Positions 19,532-29,643 of a stretch of 64,000 nucleotides of DNA are shown one piece after another. Position numbers and translations under genes: made by a program. The stretch spans positions 992,001 through 1,056,000 of the forward strand of contig OZ223236.1 of assembly GCA_965140445.1 (NCBI GenBank), written 5' to 3'. Numbering within the stretch: the stretch's first letter is position 1; the number at the start of each line of letters is the position of its first letter. Source of the DNA: Candidatus Ozemobacteraceae bacterium (GTDB lineage Bacteria; Muiribacteriota; Ozemobacteria; Ozemobacterales; Ozemobacteraceae). Below the pieces are notes generated by a model. It saw only the letters and a list, made by a program, of their open reading frames with translations, was not told where the DNA came from and did not search any database.

Positions 19532-19852
19532 TTAATCTTGTGTTATGTCGTCAACTTTGTCCCAGTCTACCTCGTCTGCGGGAGCATTGTCTGTGCTATT
19601 TGATTCGTCATCATATTCGCTGGAATTTTCTGGCTGACCGCTAACATCTTCAGGTGTGATTTGCATTGGTTGACCGGCTCCTGGTCCAGAACCGTGCTCA
19701 ATATCCCATGAATCACCTTTAAGGTAGTCATCTGGAGGGGCGTAATCTTCCTGACTCGTTACGTGCACATAGGCTTGGTTCGCAACGGCAATGAAAATTG
19801 CAAGTAATAAAAAAACCAGACCCCATTTCCATGTTTCATTTCCAGGTTTCAT
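19532..19852 (-). CDS. Small bitopic membrane protein with an acidic tail
   Basis: GAGGAG SD, single TM segment, D/E-rich C-terminus. Confidence 0.65.
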   Translation of the reverse strand: MKPGNETWKWGLVFLLLAIFIAVANQAYVHVTSQEDYAPPDDYLKGDSWDIEHGSGPGAGQPMQITPEDVSGQPENSSEYDDESNSTDNAPADEVDWDKVDDITQD

Positions 19853-19885
19853 TAATATTTCTCCTCAATCGCTTTGGCAATCTAC

Positions 19886-20515
19886 CTATTTCTTAAAAGA
19901 GGGTAGATTTAGTATGATCGTCCCCTGAACTAGTCCTGACTCTTTGACTATTAAATCCAAAGATCTGGTCGAATGCAGGGGAAGTTGTTTGCCTAGTTTG
20001 CTTAAATAACTTCCAAAGCCTTTAAAGCTTGACTTGAAAGTAAGTTTCACGGGAACTATTTCTACTCCGGGCCATTCAACTTCGTCGTCCGTAGACGCTC
20101 CAATTGGCATGCCCTGGTCATCTAGCTGGGAAAAATTTTCGGTAGGATTTATGGTAGTTGCTTCGACCATACTGTTTTCATCCTTGTTTTTCGCGAAGAA
20201 ACTTTTTAGGATTTCGAAAGTGTAGATCTTCATTCTTCTGCTTGATTGTTCAAAGACTGTAGCCAAAACCTTAGATTCATCACCAACTTTAAGAACCTTG
20301 TCAGATTTTGGTTTTTTGACGGAGGTGGGTTCTTTGGCTTTAAGTTTATTGTATTCAGCATCAAGATCAGATTTTGCCTTTTTTTGCGTTTCAAGGGAGA
20401 ACCTGGCTTCTTCAAGTTGTTTTTCAATTCCCGAAATCATCAATAATCTGCCGAGAAAGAAAATTAACGCCAATACTACTATGGTTGCCAGGGCTGATTG
20501 CATAACTTTATTCAT
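19886..20515 (-). CDS. pilO: PilO/GspM-like protein
   Basis: N-terminal TM, coiled coil, VPVKLTFKSSFKGFGSYLSKL ferredoxin-like motif; follows pilMN. Confidence 0.7.
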   Translation of the reverse strand: MNKVMQSALATIVVLALIFFLGRLLMISGIEKQLEEARFSLETQKKAKSDLDAEYNKLKAKEPTSVKKPKSDKVLKVGDESKVLATVFEQSSRRMKIYTFEILKSFFAKNKDENSMVEATTINPTENFSQLDDQGMPIGASTDDEVEWPGVEIVPVKLTFKSSFKGFGSYLSKLGKQLPLHSTRSLDLIVKESGLVQGTIILNLPSFKK

Positions 20516-22200
20516 GGCAGTTCTCCTTTCAAAAGGAATTGAATTTTTCCATCTTTATTTTTTCTAGTAACGATAGTTTTATACCTTGCTACAAGTCTTT
20601 TTTTAGTTAGTTCGTGGGTAAACGAAGCCAGAGCTTCGGAAGAATCTGTTTTTCCAGAAACAATAAGAATCTGAGCTTTTAAAGAGTCTTCAAGCTGGTC
20701 ATCGCCTGATGAATTCATTCCACCAAGCTTGCTAAGAAAAGGAGACTCGTTTGAATCCTGGTTTGTTGAATCTCCTAACTGATCATTTAGTTCAGGTTCT
20801 TTTTCTATTTGAATTTCTTCAGCTTCCTGTGATGATCTAAGAAGAATATCGCTTATTGAGACTTCGTCCGGTTTACTTTTTGCTATATAGAACAGGATTT
20901 CTGAGGCGGATAAATCGCTTTTTAAAATCGGGGCAATAGCTTTTTTTTCTTGAGGTAAAAGTTTTAGGGATTTGTCTGAAGATTTTTTTAACTTTTTAAG
21001 TTTTATTTGAGAAGCTTCATAAAGAGTTGAAACGGTTGTGACCTCATCCTGAAGTCTTTGAAGTTCGCTTAATTTATGATTTTTTATAGAAATAAGGGAT
21101 GCAAGTGTAAGTAAAATACCGACAATTCCAATGTATATTGGAATTTGAGTTGAAAGCTTTTGAAGTTGCTTTTCCCGTTTTTTCTCTCTAAGTTGCCGCG
21201 CCATATTCATTGCATCAGCGTTTTGGTCTATTTCAGACATCACCGCGCCAACAGCGGGCAAAAATGCCAGAAGTCGCCTTTGTTTGTCTTCAGCGGGGGC
21301 GTTCTCACCAATTTCCGGGAGAATAGGACTTATGTCCACTCCGGCAGAAATATCCACAATATTTATTCGAGTAGGACTGAAATAGCTTCTGACGAAGGGC
21401 AGGAAGTCTTGTATAGAAGCGCCTCCTCCCATGAAAAACAGAGCGTCGATCTGGGATAGCTTGGTTACAGCCCTGAAATAATCAAAGCTGAATCTGATTT
21501 TCTGGGCATACATTTCAAGCTCGCTGGTCACAGGCGGTTCTGAAAATTCAGAGGTTCCAGAAGGGATAAATCTGTAAAAACGCAGCTCTCCAGCTGAAAA
21601 TATTTGTAAATGGGTTCCAGATTGTCCAAGATTTACTATGGAAAGTGCGGGCAAATTAGTTTGATCAATAATGTCTTTAAGCGATTGTCCGCAAAAGACT
21701 TCTGAGAAACTTCCGGTTAGTTCTATGCCCGCCAGTGAAAATAGTTCGGCAAATTTTTCGAAAATATGCTGAGGAATTACAGTAATTGCTACTTTTAAGG
21801 GAGAGTTGTTAACAATTTTGTAGGAAAAAGTAAACGGTTCCTCTTTGTAGTTTGGAGAAAGAAGTTTTTTGGCTTCCCAGGAAAGGATTTTTTCAATTTG
21901 TTCAATCAAAACCTGACTTGGAAGCTCAATTATTTTTGTTTGTAGCTCTCTGTGAGAAAAGACAGAACTTACTCCTCTGAGTTCCTTCATTGGTAAACGT
22001 GAAGCTAGAGACTTTAGAGTTTCGATTAAATAATGTCTATACTCGTCGTCACCGGGAAACTCTGTTATAGGCTTGAGTTCTTCCTTTTCTATGGTGACGA
22101 GTCGTTTCTCGCCTTTAATCAGTTCGACTATAACTGCTTTTATAGAGCTGGTTCCAACATCAAAAGCAGCATACAGTCCATCAGAGATGACTTTCTTCAT
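20512..22200 (-). CDS. pilM: Fused PilM (actin-like) and PilN-like protein
   Basis: FDVGTSSIK, VNLGQSGT, FMGGGA, then a TM segment, coiled coil and PilN-like C-terminus. Confidence 0.8.
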   Translation of the reverse strand: MKKVISDGLYAAFDVGTSSIKAVIVELIKGEKRLVTIEKEELKPITEFPGDDEYRHYLIETLKSLASRLPMKELRGVSSVFSHRELQTKIIELPSQVLIEQIEKILSWEAKKLLSPNYKEEPFTFSYKIVNNSPLKVAITVIPQHIFEKFAELFSLAGIELTGSFSEVFCGQSLKDIIDQTNLPALSIVNLGQSGTHLQIFSAGELRFYRFIPSGTSEFSEPPVTSELEMYAQKIRFSFDYFRAVTKLSQIDALFFMGGGASIQDFLPFVRSYFSPTRINIVDISAGVDISPILPEIGENAPAEDKQRRLLAFLPAVGAVMSEIDQNADAMNMARQLREKKREKQLQKLSTQIPIYIGIVGILLTLASLISIKNHKLSELQRLQDEVTTVSTLYEASQIKLKKLKKSSDKSLKLLPQEKKAIAPILKSDLSASEILFYIAKSKPDEVSISDILLRSSQEAEEIQIEKEPELNDQLGDSTNQDSNESPFLSKLGGMNSSGDDQLEDSLKAQILIVSGKTDSSEALASFTHELTKKRLVARYKTIVTRKNKDGKIQFLLKGELP

Positions 22201-22607
22201 GAGGCCTCCAGAAATATTCCACTACCGGTTCTTCCCGGGGTGTTTTTTACGTGGTCACGCTTCAGTTTACGTGTTGATACAACTTTTTTGCCTTCGAGAA
22301 CTTTTGCATCAGACTCCAGACAAAAGCTATTTTCTTTTTTTGTGGCGGTTACAATTACTTCTACTATCCTGTTCTGAGATAAATTAGAGGTGTAATGTAG
22401 TTTGAAAGGGCTAAATGATTCAGCAAGTCTTCCGAGGCCTCTCTCCAAACCACCATCTGCGGCATGAAAGGCAACTGTTTCAAGAGCACTTGAACGGCCT
22501 AAATCCATAGAAATCTTTGAAATTTCATATGTGGAGGAAACCAGAATAAATAAAACTGTTGTCACCAGAAATGTCAGGAACAGGCTGAAGCCACGTTTTG
22601 TATTCAT
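22197..22607 (-). CDS. K/X-like prepilin lacking Glu5
   Basis: KRG|FSLFLTF, AFHAADGGLE; ATGA overlap. Confidence 0.75.
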   Translation of the reverse strand: MNTKRGFSLFLTFLVTTVLFILVSSTYEISKISMDLGRSSALETVAFHAADGGLERGLGRLAESFSPFKLHYTSNLSQNRIVEVIVTATKKENSFCLESDAKVLEGKKVVSTRKLKRDHVKNTPGRTGSGIFLEAS

Positions 22608-23026
22608 GAGTTTGCCCTCCTGCGAAAGCAAAATACTTTTGCCGGAATAATTTCCGAGTTCTCAGGCTTGTTATTACGATTTTTGTCCTCAAATGCCTGC
22701 ACTGAAATTATATAGGTGCTACTTGCGTACTTTGTGACTTTAAAATTTGATATTTTAAAATTTTCTGGAAAGCGAATTTGTTCTTTGAGTTTTTTTAAGG
22801 AGATTTCTGTTTGGTCAGAGGTGCAAATTCTATCTCTCAGCCAGAGTCGTATGTCGGTCATACATGACCGATTTTTCCAGCCGTCTGAAATAATTGCGTA
22901 GCGGATATGGCCCCATTGGAGAAGGTTTAATAAAGAAGTCATCGCTAAACCTGTAATAAGAATTACCACTGTTATTTCTATCAGTGAGAACCCTTTTCTG
23001 TAAGGCTTTGATGGGGTGGGGGACAT
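22604..23026 (-). CDS. Prepilin (J-like position)
   Basis: RKG|FSLIEIT. Confidence 0.85.
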   Translation of the reverse strand: MSPTPSKPYRKGFSLIEITVVILITGLAMTSLLNLLQWGHIRYAIISDGWKNRSCMTDIRLWLRDRICTSDQTEISLKKLKEQIRFPENFKISNFKVTKYASSTYIISVQAFEDKNRNNKPENSEIIPAKVFCFRRRANS

Positions 23027-23445
23027 TAGATATTATTTCCTTCGGGGAGATATAGAAAGGATTCAAGAACCAATTTATTGTCTTTGTTTGTAACTTCTGC
23101 TTGAATTCGAACTGTATTAAACTGGTCCTTTTCTGTCCATTTCATTTTTACTTTCCATCCAGGTTTCAGTTTAAACCTGCTGTTCGCTGACCCTGCTTTT
23201 GGTGAATTCTTTTCAGATAAAAAATCTGTTTTTAATATTTCCAGCTCTCTTTCACCTAAATAAGCTGCTTCTGATTCAAATTTTGATTGAGTATCAAGTT
23301 TTTGAGAAATATCGAATCCAGAAAACATTGTTGTTAAAGCTCCAGAGAGAACCAAAAGTGAGATAAGTATTTCTGCCAGCGAAAAACCTCTTTTAAATGT
23401 TTTTTCTCTTTTTAAGTTACTGGTAAATAAAGAAATTAGTTTCAT
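23026..23445 (-). CDS. Prepilin (I/V-like)
   Basis: KRG|FSLAEILISL; ATGA overlap gives start 23445. Confidence 0.85.
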   Translation of the reverse strand: MKLISLFTSNLKREKTFKRGFSLAEILISLLVLSGALTTMFSGFDISQKLDTQSKFESEAAYLGERELEILKTDFLSEKNSPKAGSANSRFKLKPGWKVKMKWTEKDQFNTVRIQAEVTNKDNKLVLESFLYLPEGNNI

Positions 23446-23951
23446 AAAAGGTTTTTTTCCAGATTTATGCTGATAGTAGCAGGCTGTTGGCCGGGGAGCA
23501 TAATGGAAAGCCAAAGTTTGTTTATTGGCCTGTTTCTGAAATCTAATGTCTGAGAGGCAGTAAAAGTAATTCCATTTAATTGAGTGGAATGCTTGTCGGT
23601 TAATTCTGAAACTTTCAATTCCAACAAATTCGTTTGGTCTATCGAAAATGTTTTATTTTCAAATTTCAGTTTCACCGGCAATCTCCTTAGGGTTGCCCTT
23701 TGCTGACACGCAGAAAAGAATACCTGAACTTTATCATTAATGGTTCTTAGTCGTGAATCCTGAGTTACACCTGAATACAAAGAAACCCCAGCTGCACAAA
23801 GCACTCCAATAACCAGAATCACAATTAATACTTCAAGTATACTAAACCCTTTGGAAAGAGAAATTACGCGAAAATCATGTTTAAAGGATTTACATAGTAT
23901 TGAAATATTCTGGCTAGCGGATCTGGAAATGTTTCTCCCAGGTTCGCTCAT
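23442..23951 (-). CDS. Prepilin (H/FimT-like)
   Basis: KG|FSILEVLIVILVIG after a long leader. Confidence 0.85.
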   Translation of the reverse strand: MSEPGRNISRSASQNISILCKSFKHDFRVISLSKGFSILEVLIVILVIGVLCAAGVSLYSGVTQDSRLRTINDKVQVFFSACQQRATLRRLPVKLKFENKTFSIDQTNLLELKVSELTDKHSTQLNGITFTASQTLDFRNRPINKLWLSIMLPGQQPATISINLEKNLL

Positions 23952-23960
23952 TAAATATTT

Positions 23961-24476
23961 CTACCAGTAATGATGTGCGCTATCTTTGGAGCCATCAGGT
24001 CCCATTTGGCCATTCATACCAATCCACCTGGGCCCTAAGCGCAGGCCGCAAACAACTCCGCGCCCGCCAACTTTACCGTTTGCCCCAATAATCCAGAGGG
24101 CAGTATTGTCGGTATTATAAAATCTGTAACTTGAACCGGGCCATGTGTAACCCCATCTATTTGCTGCTTCAGGGCAGATAAAGAGTTTGGTGTCCTTGGC
24201 AATATCGTTCAATTGCAAGAGGGCATTGGAGTATTTCCATTTAAGGTTGCCTGATCTGTCAACCCAGGCCCATCTATTTTTGCCCAAATCTAATTCGTAG
24301 TTTTTTGCTTCCCATAAGGAAACAAGACTTTCTATGCCTTTCTGGTTAGAAAGACAAGACTTTGCACGGGCTATGGAGGCAATACTTTGATATCGGGGAA
24401 TCGCAATTGCAACCAGAATACCTATAACTAGAACAACAATTAATAGTTCTACGAGAGAAAAACCTTTATTTCGCAT
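23961..24476 (-). CDS. Major-type pilin or pseudopilin (G/PilA-like)
   Basis: GGAGG SD; KG|FSLVELLIVVLVIGILVAIAIPRY, CLSNQK...CP. Confidence 0.9.
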   Translation of the reverse strand: MRNKGFSLVELLIVVLVIGILVAIAIPRYQSIASIARAKSCLSNQKGIESLVSLWEAKNYELDLGKNRWAWVDRSGNLKWKYSNALLQLNDIAKDTKLFICPEAANRWGYTWPGSSYRFYNTDNTALWIIGANGKVGGRGVVCGLRLGPRWIGMNGQMGPDGSKDSAHHYW

Positions 24477-24524
24477 AGAGCCTCCACATGATTTTCGCTA
24501 CAGTTCATTTGTACATGATACAAT

Positions 24525-25739
24525 TTATCGCACAGTCTTTGCTATGTCAAACAATGGTAAATACATTGCGGTTGCAAGAGTTATTACTATGGCGCCAAGA
24601 AATACAATTAAAAACGGCTGTATCAGTGTCACAACCGTTTCCAGAGTAGTTTCAAGATCTCGCTCAAAGATAACGCCCGCTTTTTCCAGCATTTCTCCAG
24701 TGTTTCCACCTCTTTCACCAACATCAGTCATAAGAATAACGCTTTCAGGGAATAGTCGGCGATTTTTTATCAGAGATTTGGATAATGATTCTCCCCTTGA
24801 AACGCTTTCTCTAACGCTTTCAAGAGCTTTTTTATAAGAAACATTTCCCAAAGCTTTTTCAACGGCCATCAGTGATGTGAGAATTGGAACACCACATTTC
24901 AATAGGGTGCCAAGAATTCTCGCAAACAAGGAAAGTTCAAATTGTTGAACTAGTGGGCCAAGCAAGGGGAGATTCAACAGCGAATCTGATATAAAGCTTG
25001 CCCCTCTATTGGTTTTCTTTATGGCCATGAAAACCATATAAAAAGAAATTGATAATCCTATAAGAAGGAGTGAGTGACTGGATAAAAAATTTGAAATACC
25101 CATAACAAATTGTGTCGGAAGTGGCAGTTCCTGTCCTGAAGATTGATATCTTTCAATGAAACCTGGAAAGACATAAACAACGAATGCCCAGGAAACAGAG
25201 ACTATGAAAGATAGTAACAGGGCGGGGTAAATCATTGATTTAATAATCTTTGATTTCAGGCGGTACATGGTGTCATGTATGTTGGAATAGCGTTCAAGAA
25301 TCTCACCCAGGATTCCACCAACTTCGCCGACTTCAACCATTGTAATAAAAAGGTTTGAGAAGACGTCTTTATGATTTTTTAAAGCTTCTGAAAAGGATTT
25401 TCCTGATTCTATTTTTTCTTTCAGGTCTTTCAGTAGCGTTTTTAAAGTGCCGGTTGGCAATTGTTTTTGAAGGGCGTGCAGGCTCATTAATAAGGGGCAG
25501 CCAGCGTTAATAAGACTCGAAAGTTGAAGAAGAAAGAAATTCATTGCCTTGGCATTGATTTTTAAGTTCTTTTTGCTTTCTGATACTAAGGTGTGTATTG
25601 GAGCAGATTTTATTTCAAGAACAAAATATTGCCGATCTGCCAGCCAGGTTCCAACCTCTTCGGTAGATGTGGCCTCCATAAAGCCTTCTAGAGTTTTCCC
25701 TCTTACATCAAGAGCTTTGTAGGCGTATCTGCTACTCAT
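24525..25739 (-). CDS. pilC: Type IV filament platform protein PilC/GspF
   Basis: Two T2SSF repeats (IESGKSFSEAL, VGEVGGIL, MIYP; GESLS, VGERGG, IQP...MYLP). Confidence 0.95.
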   Translation of the reverse strand: MSSRYAYKALDVRGKTLEGFMEATSTEEVGTWLADRQYFVLEIKSAPIHTLVSESKKNLKINAKAMNFFLLQLSSLINAGCPLLMSLHALQKQLPTGTLKTLLKDLKEKIESGKSFSEALKNHKDVFSNLFITMVEVGEVGGILGEILERYSNIHDTMYRLKSKIIKSMIYPALLLSFIVSVSWAFVVYVFPGFIERYQSSGQELPLPTQFVMGISNFLSSHSLLLIGLSISFYMVFMAIKKTNRGASFISDSLLNLPLLGPLVQQFELSLFARILGTLLKCGVPILTSLMAVEKALGNVSYKKALESVRESVSRGESLSKSLIKNRRLFPESVILMTDVGERGGNTGEMLEKAGVIFERDLETTLETVVTLIQPFLIVFLGAIVITLATAMYLPLFDIAKTVR

Positions 25740-27498
25740 TCTTCCTTGACTCCAGCTCTCTTTCGAGAGCTATTTCACGAATGTCTTCTCCACGTGTAAG
25801 ACGAACAACTTCATCTATCGTGGTTACTCCTGCAATAGCTTTCAGGATTCCATCATCTCTCATTGTTCTCATACCAGAATTAATTGCGGCTTTTCTAATG
25901 TTTCTTGCCGACGCTGATTGAAGAATGAGGTGGTGAATATCTTCATTTATTGTCATAATTTCGTGTATAGCTGTTCTGCCGGAGAATCCACTTTTTCTAC
26001 AGGTTAAGCAGCCTTTTCCATAAAATAGTTCCTGTGCTTTAACGCTTTTTTGTTCCAGGAGGTCCAAAACATTTCCGCCCGGTTGATAAGAGGTTTTGCA
26101 CGATGGACAAATTTTTCTGACCAGTCTCTGTCCACCTACTCCAATAACTGCTGAGGCTACGAGGTATGGTTCAACTCCCATTTCTATCAATCTGGTTACT
26201 GCTGAGGCAGCATCATTGGTATGGAGGGTTGAGAACACTAAATGGCCTGTTAGTGCAGATTCAATAGCAATTTGAGCAGTTTCAAAATCGCGAATTTCGC
26301 CTATCAAAATTACATTGGGATCCTGGCGCAAAATTGCTCTTAAAGTTCTTGAAAATGAGAGGCCAATTTCGGATCTTACCTGGACCTGATTTATACTTGG
26401 AATCAAATATTCTACCGGGTCTTCAACTGTTGTGATATTTATTTGCCCGTTTCTGATGTAGTTAATTGCAGCATACAGAGTAGAAGTTTTTCCCGAACCG
26501 GTTGGTCCAGTCATCAAGATGATTCCGTTTGGAGAATTCGAAAGCCCTTTAAAAAGCTCTAACAGATCGGCATCAAAACCAACCTGGTCAAGTGTAAGCT
26601 GCATTCTGCTTTTATCAAGAATACGGATTACAATTTTCTCGCCAAATACTGTTGGAAGAGAAGAAACACGAAGATCAATACTTTGGTTTTTTACTTTAAC
26701 CTTAATTCTGCCGTCCTGAGGAAGACGCTTTTCAGAAATATCCATTTGAGCCATGATTTTCAATCTGGAGAGCAGCTCGCTTTGAATGGTTTTGGGGGCT
26801 TTCATTAGCTCATTTAAAATTCCATCTATCCTATAACGAACGCGAATAATTTCTTCGTCTGGTTCAATATGGATATCGCTGGCTCTATCTTTAATGGCTT
26901 GTTGAATAATCGTATTTACAAGGTTAATGATGGGAACACTCTGGTCCTCATCTCCAATGTCAAAAGTGGTGAAGAAGCTTTCGTCCAGAGTTACTTCCTG
27001 GCTTCTTTCGGCGGTGATGTTGTCAACAGCGGCTTGTAGCCCATCCCCAGAACCGTAGTAATGCCTTATCGCCGCTTCTACCTGGGATTCAGAGGAAATT
27101 GCAACATCTATTTCGTAGCCCGTCTGAAAATTAATTTCATCAATGATGAATACGTCAAGAGGGTCAGACATGGCGATTTGGAGCATATTGCCATTAAGTT
27201 TTACTGGTAACAAGCTGTGGGTACGAACAATGCCTTCTGGAATAGTGGTTAGAATTTCAGGGGTAACTACAAATTCATTGAGGTTTAAAAAAGGGATGTT
27301 CATCTGGCTTGCCAAAGTGTTGGCAATGCTGTCCTCGGTTGCAAAACCAGTTTCAACCAGAACTTTCCCAAGGCGCTTTCCCATGGTTTTTTGCTTGGAA
27401 AGTGCTTCCTGAAGTTGTTCTGAGGTTATTAATCCTGCATCAACGAGAATGTCTCCCAGTCTTTTTCTTTGTCTTTTCTGGGGTTGGGCAGAGTTCAT
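25732..27498 (-). CDS. pilB: Type IV filament assembly ATPase PilB/GspE
   Basis: RLGDILV MshEN-like start, ASDIHIEP, GPTGSGKT, EDPVE, LRQDP, STLHTN, tetracysteine motif. Confidence 0.97.
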   Translation of the reverse strand: MNSAQPQKRQRKRLGDILVDAGLITSEQLQEALSKQKTMGKRLGKVLVETGFATEDSIANTLASQMNIPFLNLNEFVVTPEILTTIPEGIVRTHSLLPVKLNGNMLQIAMSDPLDVFIIDEINFQTGYEIDVAISSESQVEAAIRHYYGSGDGLQAAVDNITAERSQEVTLDESFFTTFDIGDEDQSVPIINLVNTIIQQAIKDRASDIHIEPDEEIIRVRYRIDGILNELMKAPKTIQSELLSRLKIMAQMDISEKRLPQDGRIKVKVKNQSIDLRVSSLPTVFGEKIVIRILDKSRMQLTLDQVGFDADLLELFKGLSNSPNGIILMTGPTGSGKTSTLYAAINYIRNGQINITTVEDPVEYLIPSINQVQVRSEIGLSFSRTLRAILRQDPNVILIGEIRDFETAQIAIESALTGHLVFSTLHTNDAASAVTRLIEMGVEPYLVASAVIGVGGQRLVRKICPSCKTSYQPGGNVLDLLEQKSVKAQELFYGKGCLTCRKSGFSGRTAIHEIMTINEDIHHLILQSASARNIRKAAINSGMRTMRDDGILKAIAGVTTIDEVVRLTRGEDIREIALERELESRKNE

Positions 27499-27519
27499 CT
27501 ATTTTTGATCCTGACTATC

Positions 27520-28269
27520 TTATTTCCAGAAGCATTTTCTGGCTGTTTCGTAACTCGGGTTAATTTCCAGGGCTTTTCTGAAGGCCATCATGGCTTCATT
27601 TTTCAGGCCTTTGGCTTCAAGTGCCTGGCCAAGCTTGTAGTATCCGTCTGCGTATCCTGGAAATTTTTGTACATGGCGCCGAAGCTGTCTGATTAATTCC
27701 TCTGTGAGCTCTTCGTTGTCAAAAAGAACTGACATTTCATAATTATATGCTTCGGCCTCATGCGCCTGATATTCCGCAAAGAATAGGGCTATTACTTTTT
27801 TGTATTCTTTTAGCGCTTCGTCTTTGCGGTTAAGAGCTTCAAGGATATGGGCTCTTTCGTTAAGAGCTTCCCGATATTTGGGGTTTAACTCTATTGATTT
27901 GGAAAGAAGCTCGTTTGCCTTTTCTAGCTGGTCCAGATTTCTGCATGCAAGTGCCTGATGGAAAAAGGTATCCGGCCATCTTTTTTTGGAAATAACCTCA
28001 TCAAAAGCTTCAATCGCTTCTTTGTATCTCCCTGCGTTCAGGAGTGATTTCCCGAGGTTGTTCCAGTATTCAGGAGAAGGATTCTTTTGAATACAAATTT
28101 TATAGTGTTCAATGGCCTGTTCAAGTCTGCCAAGTTTTGCTAGTGCATTTGCTAGACTACATCTGAGCATGTGGTTGTCAGTGTCTTTTTCCAATCTGGC
28201 AAGATTTTCCTGGCAAAGCTCCTCTAACAGCCCTTCGCTGTAGTAGGAGCTATTTGTTGAGTTAGTCAT
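27520..28269 (-). CDS. Cytoplasmic TPR protein
   Basis: Several TPR consensus repeats (WNNLG...A...F; YYKLGQAL...A...F..AL..NP). Confidence 0.85.
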   Translation of the reverse strand: MTNSTNSSYYSEGLLEELCQENLARLEKDTDNHMLRCSLANALAKLGRLEQAIEHYKICIQKNPSPEYWNNLGKSLLNAGRYKEAIEAFDEVISKKRWPDTFFHQALACRNLDQLEKANELLSKSIELNPKYREALNERAHILEALNRKDEALKEYKKVIALFFAEYQAHEAEAYNYEMSVLFDNEELTEELIRQLRRHVQKFPGYADGYYKLGQALEAKGLKNEAMMAFRKALEINPSYETARKCFWK

Positions 28270-28283
28270 TGTTTTCCTTTCAG

Positions 28284-28964
28284 TTATTTGTCTAAGTCGT
28301 TTTTCAGTTTCAGATCAATATTTTTAAGGTCTATGTTCTTTTTTGTCGGAGCATCAACTTCTTTAATTTCTCCCAACACAGGAAGTGGACTTCCAGGAAC
28401 TGGTGGAAGAGCCGGAGTTACAATGTTGGTAGATTTTTTTTCTTCCACTTTTGTTGCTGCAGCTGGTTTTACGTCAGATGGTCTGTCCCAGTTTCTGTAT
28501 TCTTCTTCTGGTCCTGATGGTGAATAATATTGAAGGAATTTAACAACGTCACCAGAGTCGTTTAAGTATTCGTGAAAGGATTTTGCAGGAATATATGCGG
28601 TGCTGTTCGGGCCAAGAATTTTTGTTTCTTTACCTATTCTAAGGGTTAGATTTCCTTCAAGGACATAGATGATTTCGGTAACATAAACGTGTCTATGACT
28701 TGTTATGTGTGCGCCCGGCAGATAAGTCAGGTGAGTCATCGCTGCAATAGAAGGTCCAACTTTAGCTGGATCTATAAGAAGCTTTGCACCTATTCTTTTA
28801 TCTGGTGAGGTGTGGTAGTCAGCGTCTTCAAATGCAAAAAAGCGATGTGATTCTTGCTCCTTTTGCTCTTTGCTGTCTTTTGCTGAAGCCGCAAAACTGC
28901 TGGTAAGAAGAAAAACAATTATAACTGAAAGGGTAAGTTTGATTACGTTAGTGTTGATTTTCAT
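28284..28964 (-). CDS. Exported cupin-domain protein
   Basis: Signal peptide; PG....HRH..TEIIYVLEG and YIPAKSFHEY cupin motifs. Confidence 0.85.
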   Translation of the reverse strand: MKINTNVIKLTLSVIIVFLLTSSFAASAKDSKEQKEQESHRFFAFEDADYHTSPDKRIGAKLLIDPAKVGPSIAAMTHLTYLPGAHITSHRHVYVTEIIYVLEGNLTLRIGKETKILGPNSTAYIPAKSFHEYLNDSGDVVKFLQYYSPSGPEEEYRNWDRPSDVKPAAATKVEEKKSTNIVTPALPPVPGSPLPVLGEIKEVDAPTKKNIDLKNIDLKLKNDLDK

Positions 28965-28970
28965 TCAGGA

Positions 28971-28999
28971 ATTTTAGCCGTAATTACTTTTGCTGTCAA
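28971..28999 (-). promoter_or_regulatory. Sigma70 promoter of the cupin-pil operon, probably leaderless
   Basis: TTGACA-17-TAAAAT, 6 nt before ATG 28964. Confidence 0.8.
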
Positions 29000-29010
29000 G
29001 CCGCATCTGA

Positions 29011-29039
29011 TTGACTTTAACCTTCAATTAAAGTACAAT
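29011..29039 (+). promoter_or_regulatory. Divergent sigma70 promoter
   Basis: TTGACT-17-TACAAT. Confidence 0.8.
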
Positions 29040-29055
29040 TTAGAACAATACCCGT

Positions 29056-29643
29056 TTGAGCCCACAAATGAACCGTTCTTATTCAAAAAAAACAGCCATT
29101 CAAATCATATTTTTTATTACAATTCTGTTGAGCAGTTTTGTTTCTGGTTGCTGTACCAAAAAGAAGGCTAATCGAAGCAAAAAAGATGACATGGCTGAGA
29201 TTACTTCGATAATTGAAAAATCTGAAGCTGTTTCTGACGATAAAAAAGGGACTCCCAAAAAGAATTTTAAAGAAAAAAGCAGGGATTCTTACGCTATTCG
29301 CGAGGCAAATAGAAAAACTGCGGGATTGTATAAGAGATTAGAGCATTCTTATGATATGCTTGAAAGGTCAAATCCCGAAGGAGCCTTAAGAGAAATCGAA
29401 AGATTGCAACGAGAAATTAGAAATGACCCCTATCTGGAAATGCAGTCATGGTATCTTTCATCGATGATTTACCATAAAATGGGTAAAGCCAGCAGAAGAA
29501 AAAGATCTATGCGCAAAATGTTGGAAACCATGGAAGTATTACAGAAAGATCCCAGATTCAGATCTGCTTATGAAATGGGAATGGGCATTCAAGGCCTGAT
29601 AGAATATACGAAGAAAAAGGAAGGGAAAAAGTATGCAGAGTAA
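29056..29643 (+). CDS. Putative lipoprotein with a TPR-like C-terminus (start may be 29068)
   Basis: Lipobox FVSG|C and helical C-terminus. Confidence 0.7.
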   Translation: MSPQMNRSYSKKTAIQIIFFITILLSSFVSGCCTKKKANRSKKDDMAEITSIIEKSEAVSDDKKGTPKKNFKEKSRDSYAIREANRKTAGLYKRLEHSYDMLERSNPEGALREIERLQREIRNDPYLEMQSWYLSSMIYHKMGKASRRKRSMRKMLETMEVLQKDPRFRSAYEMGMGIQGLIEYTKKKEGKKYAE

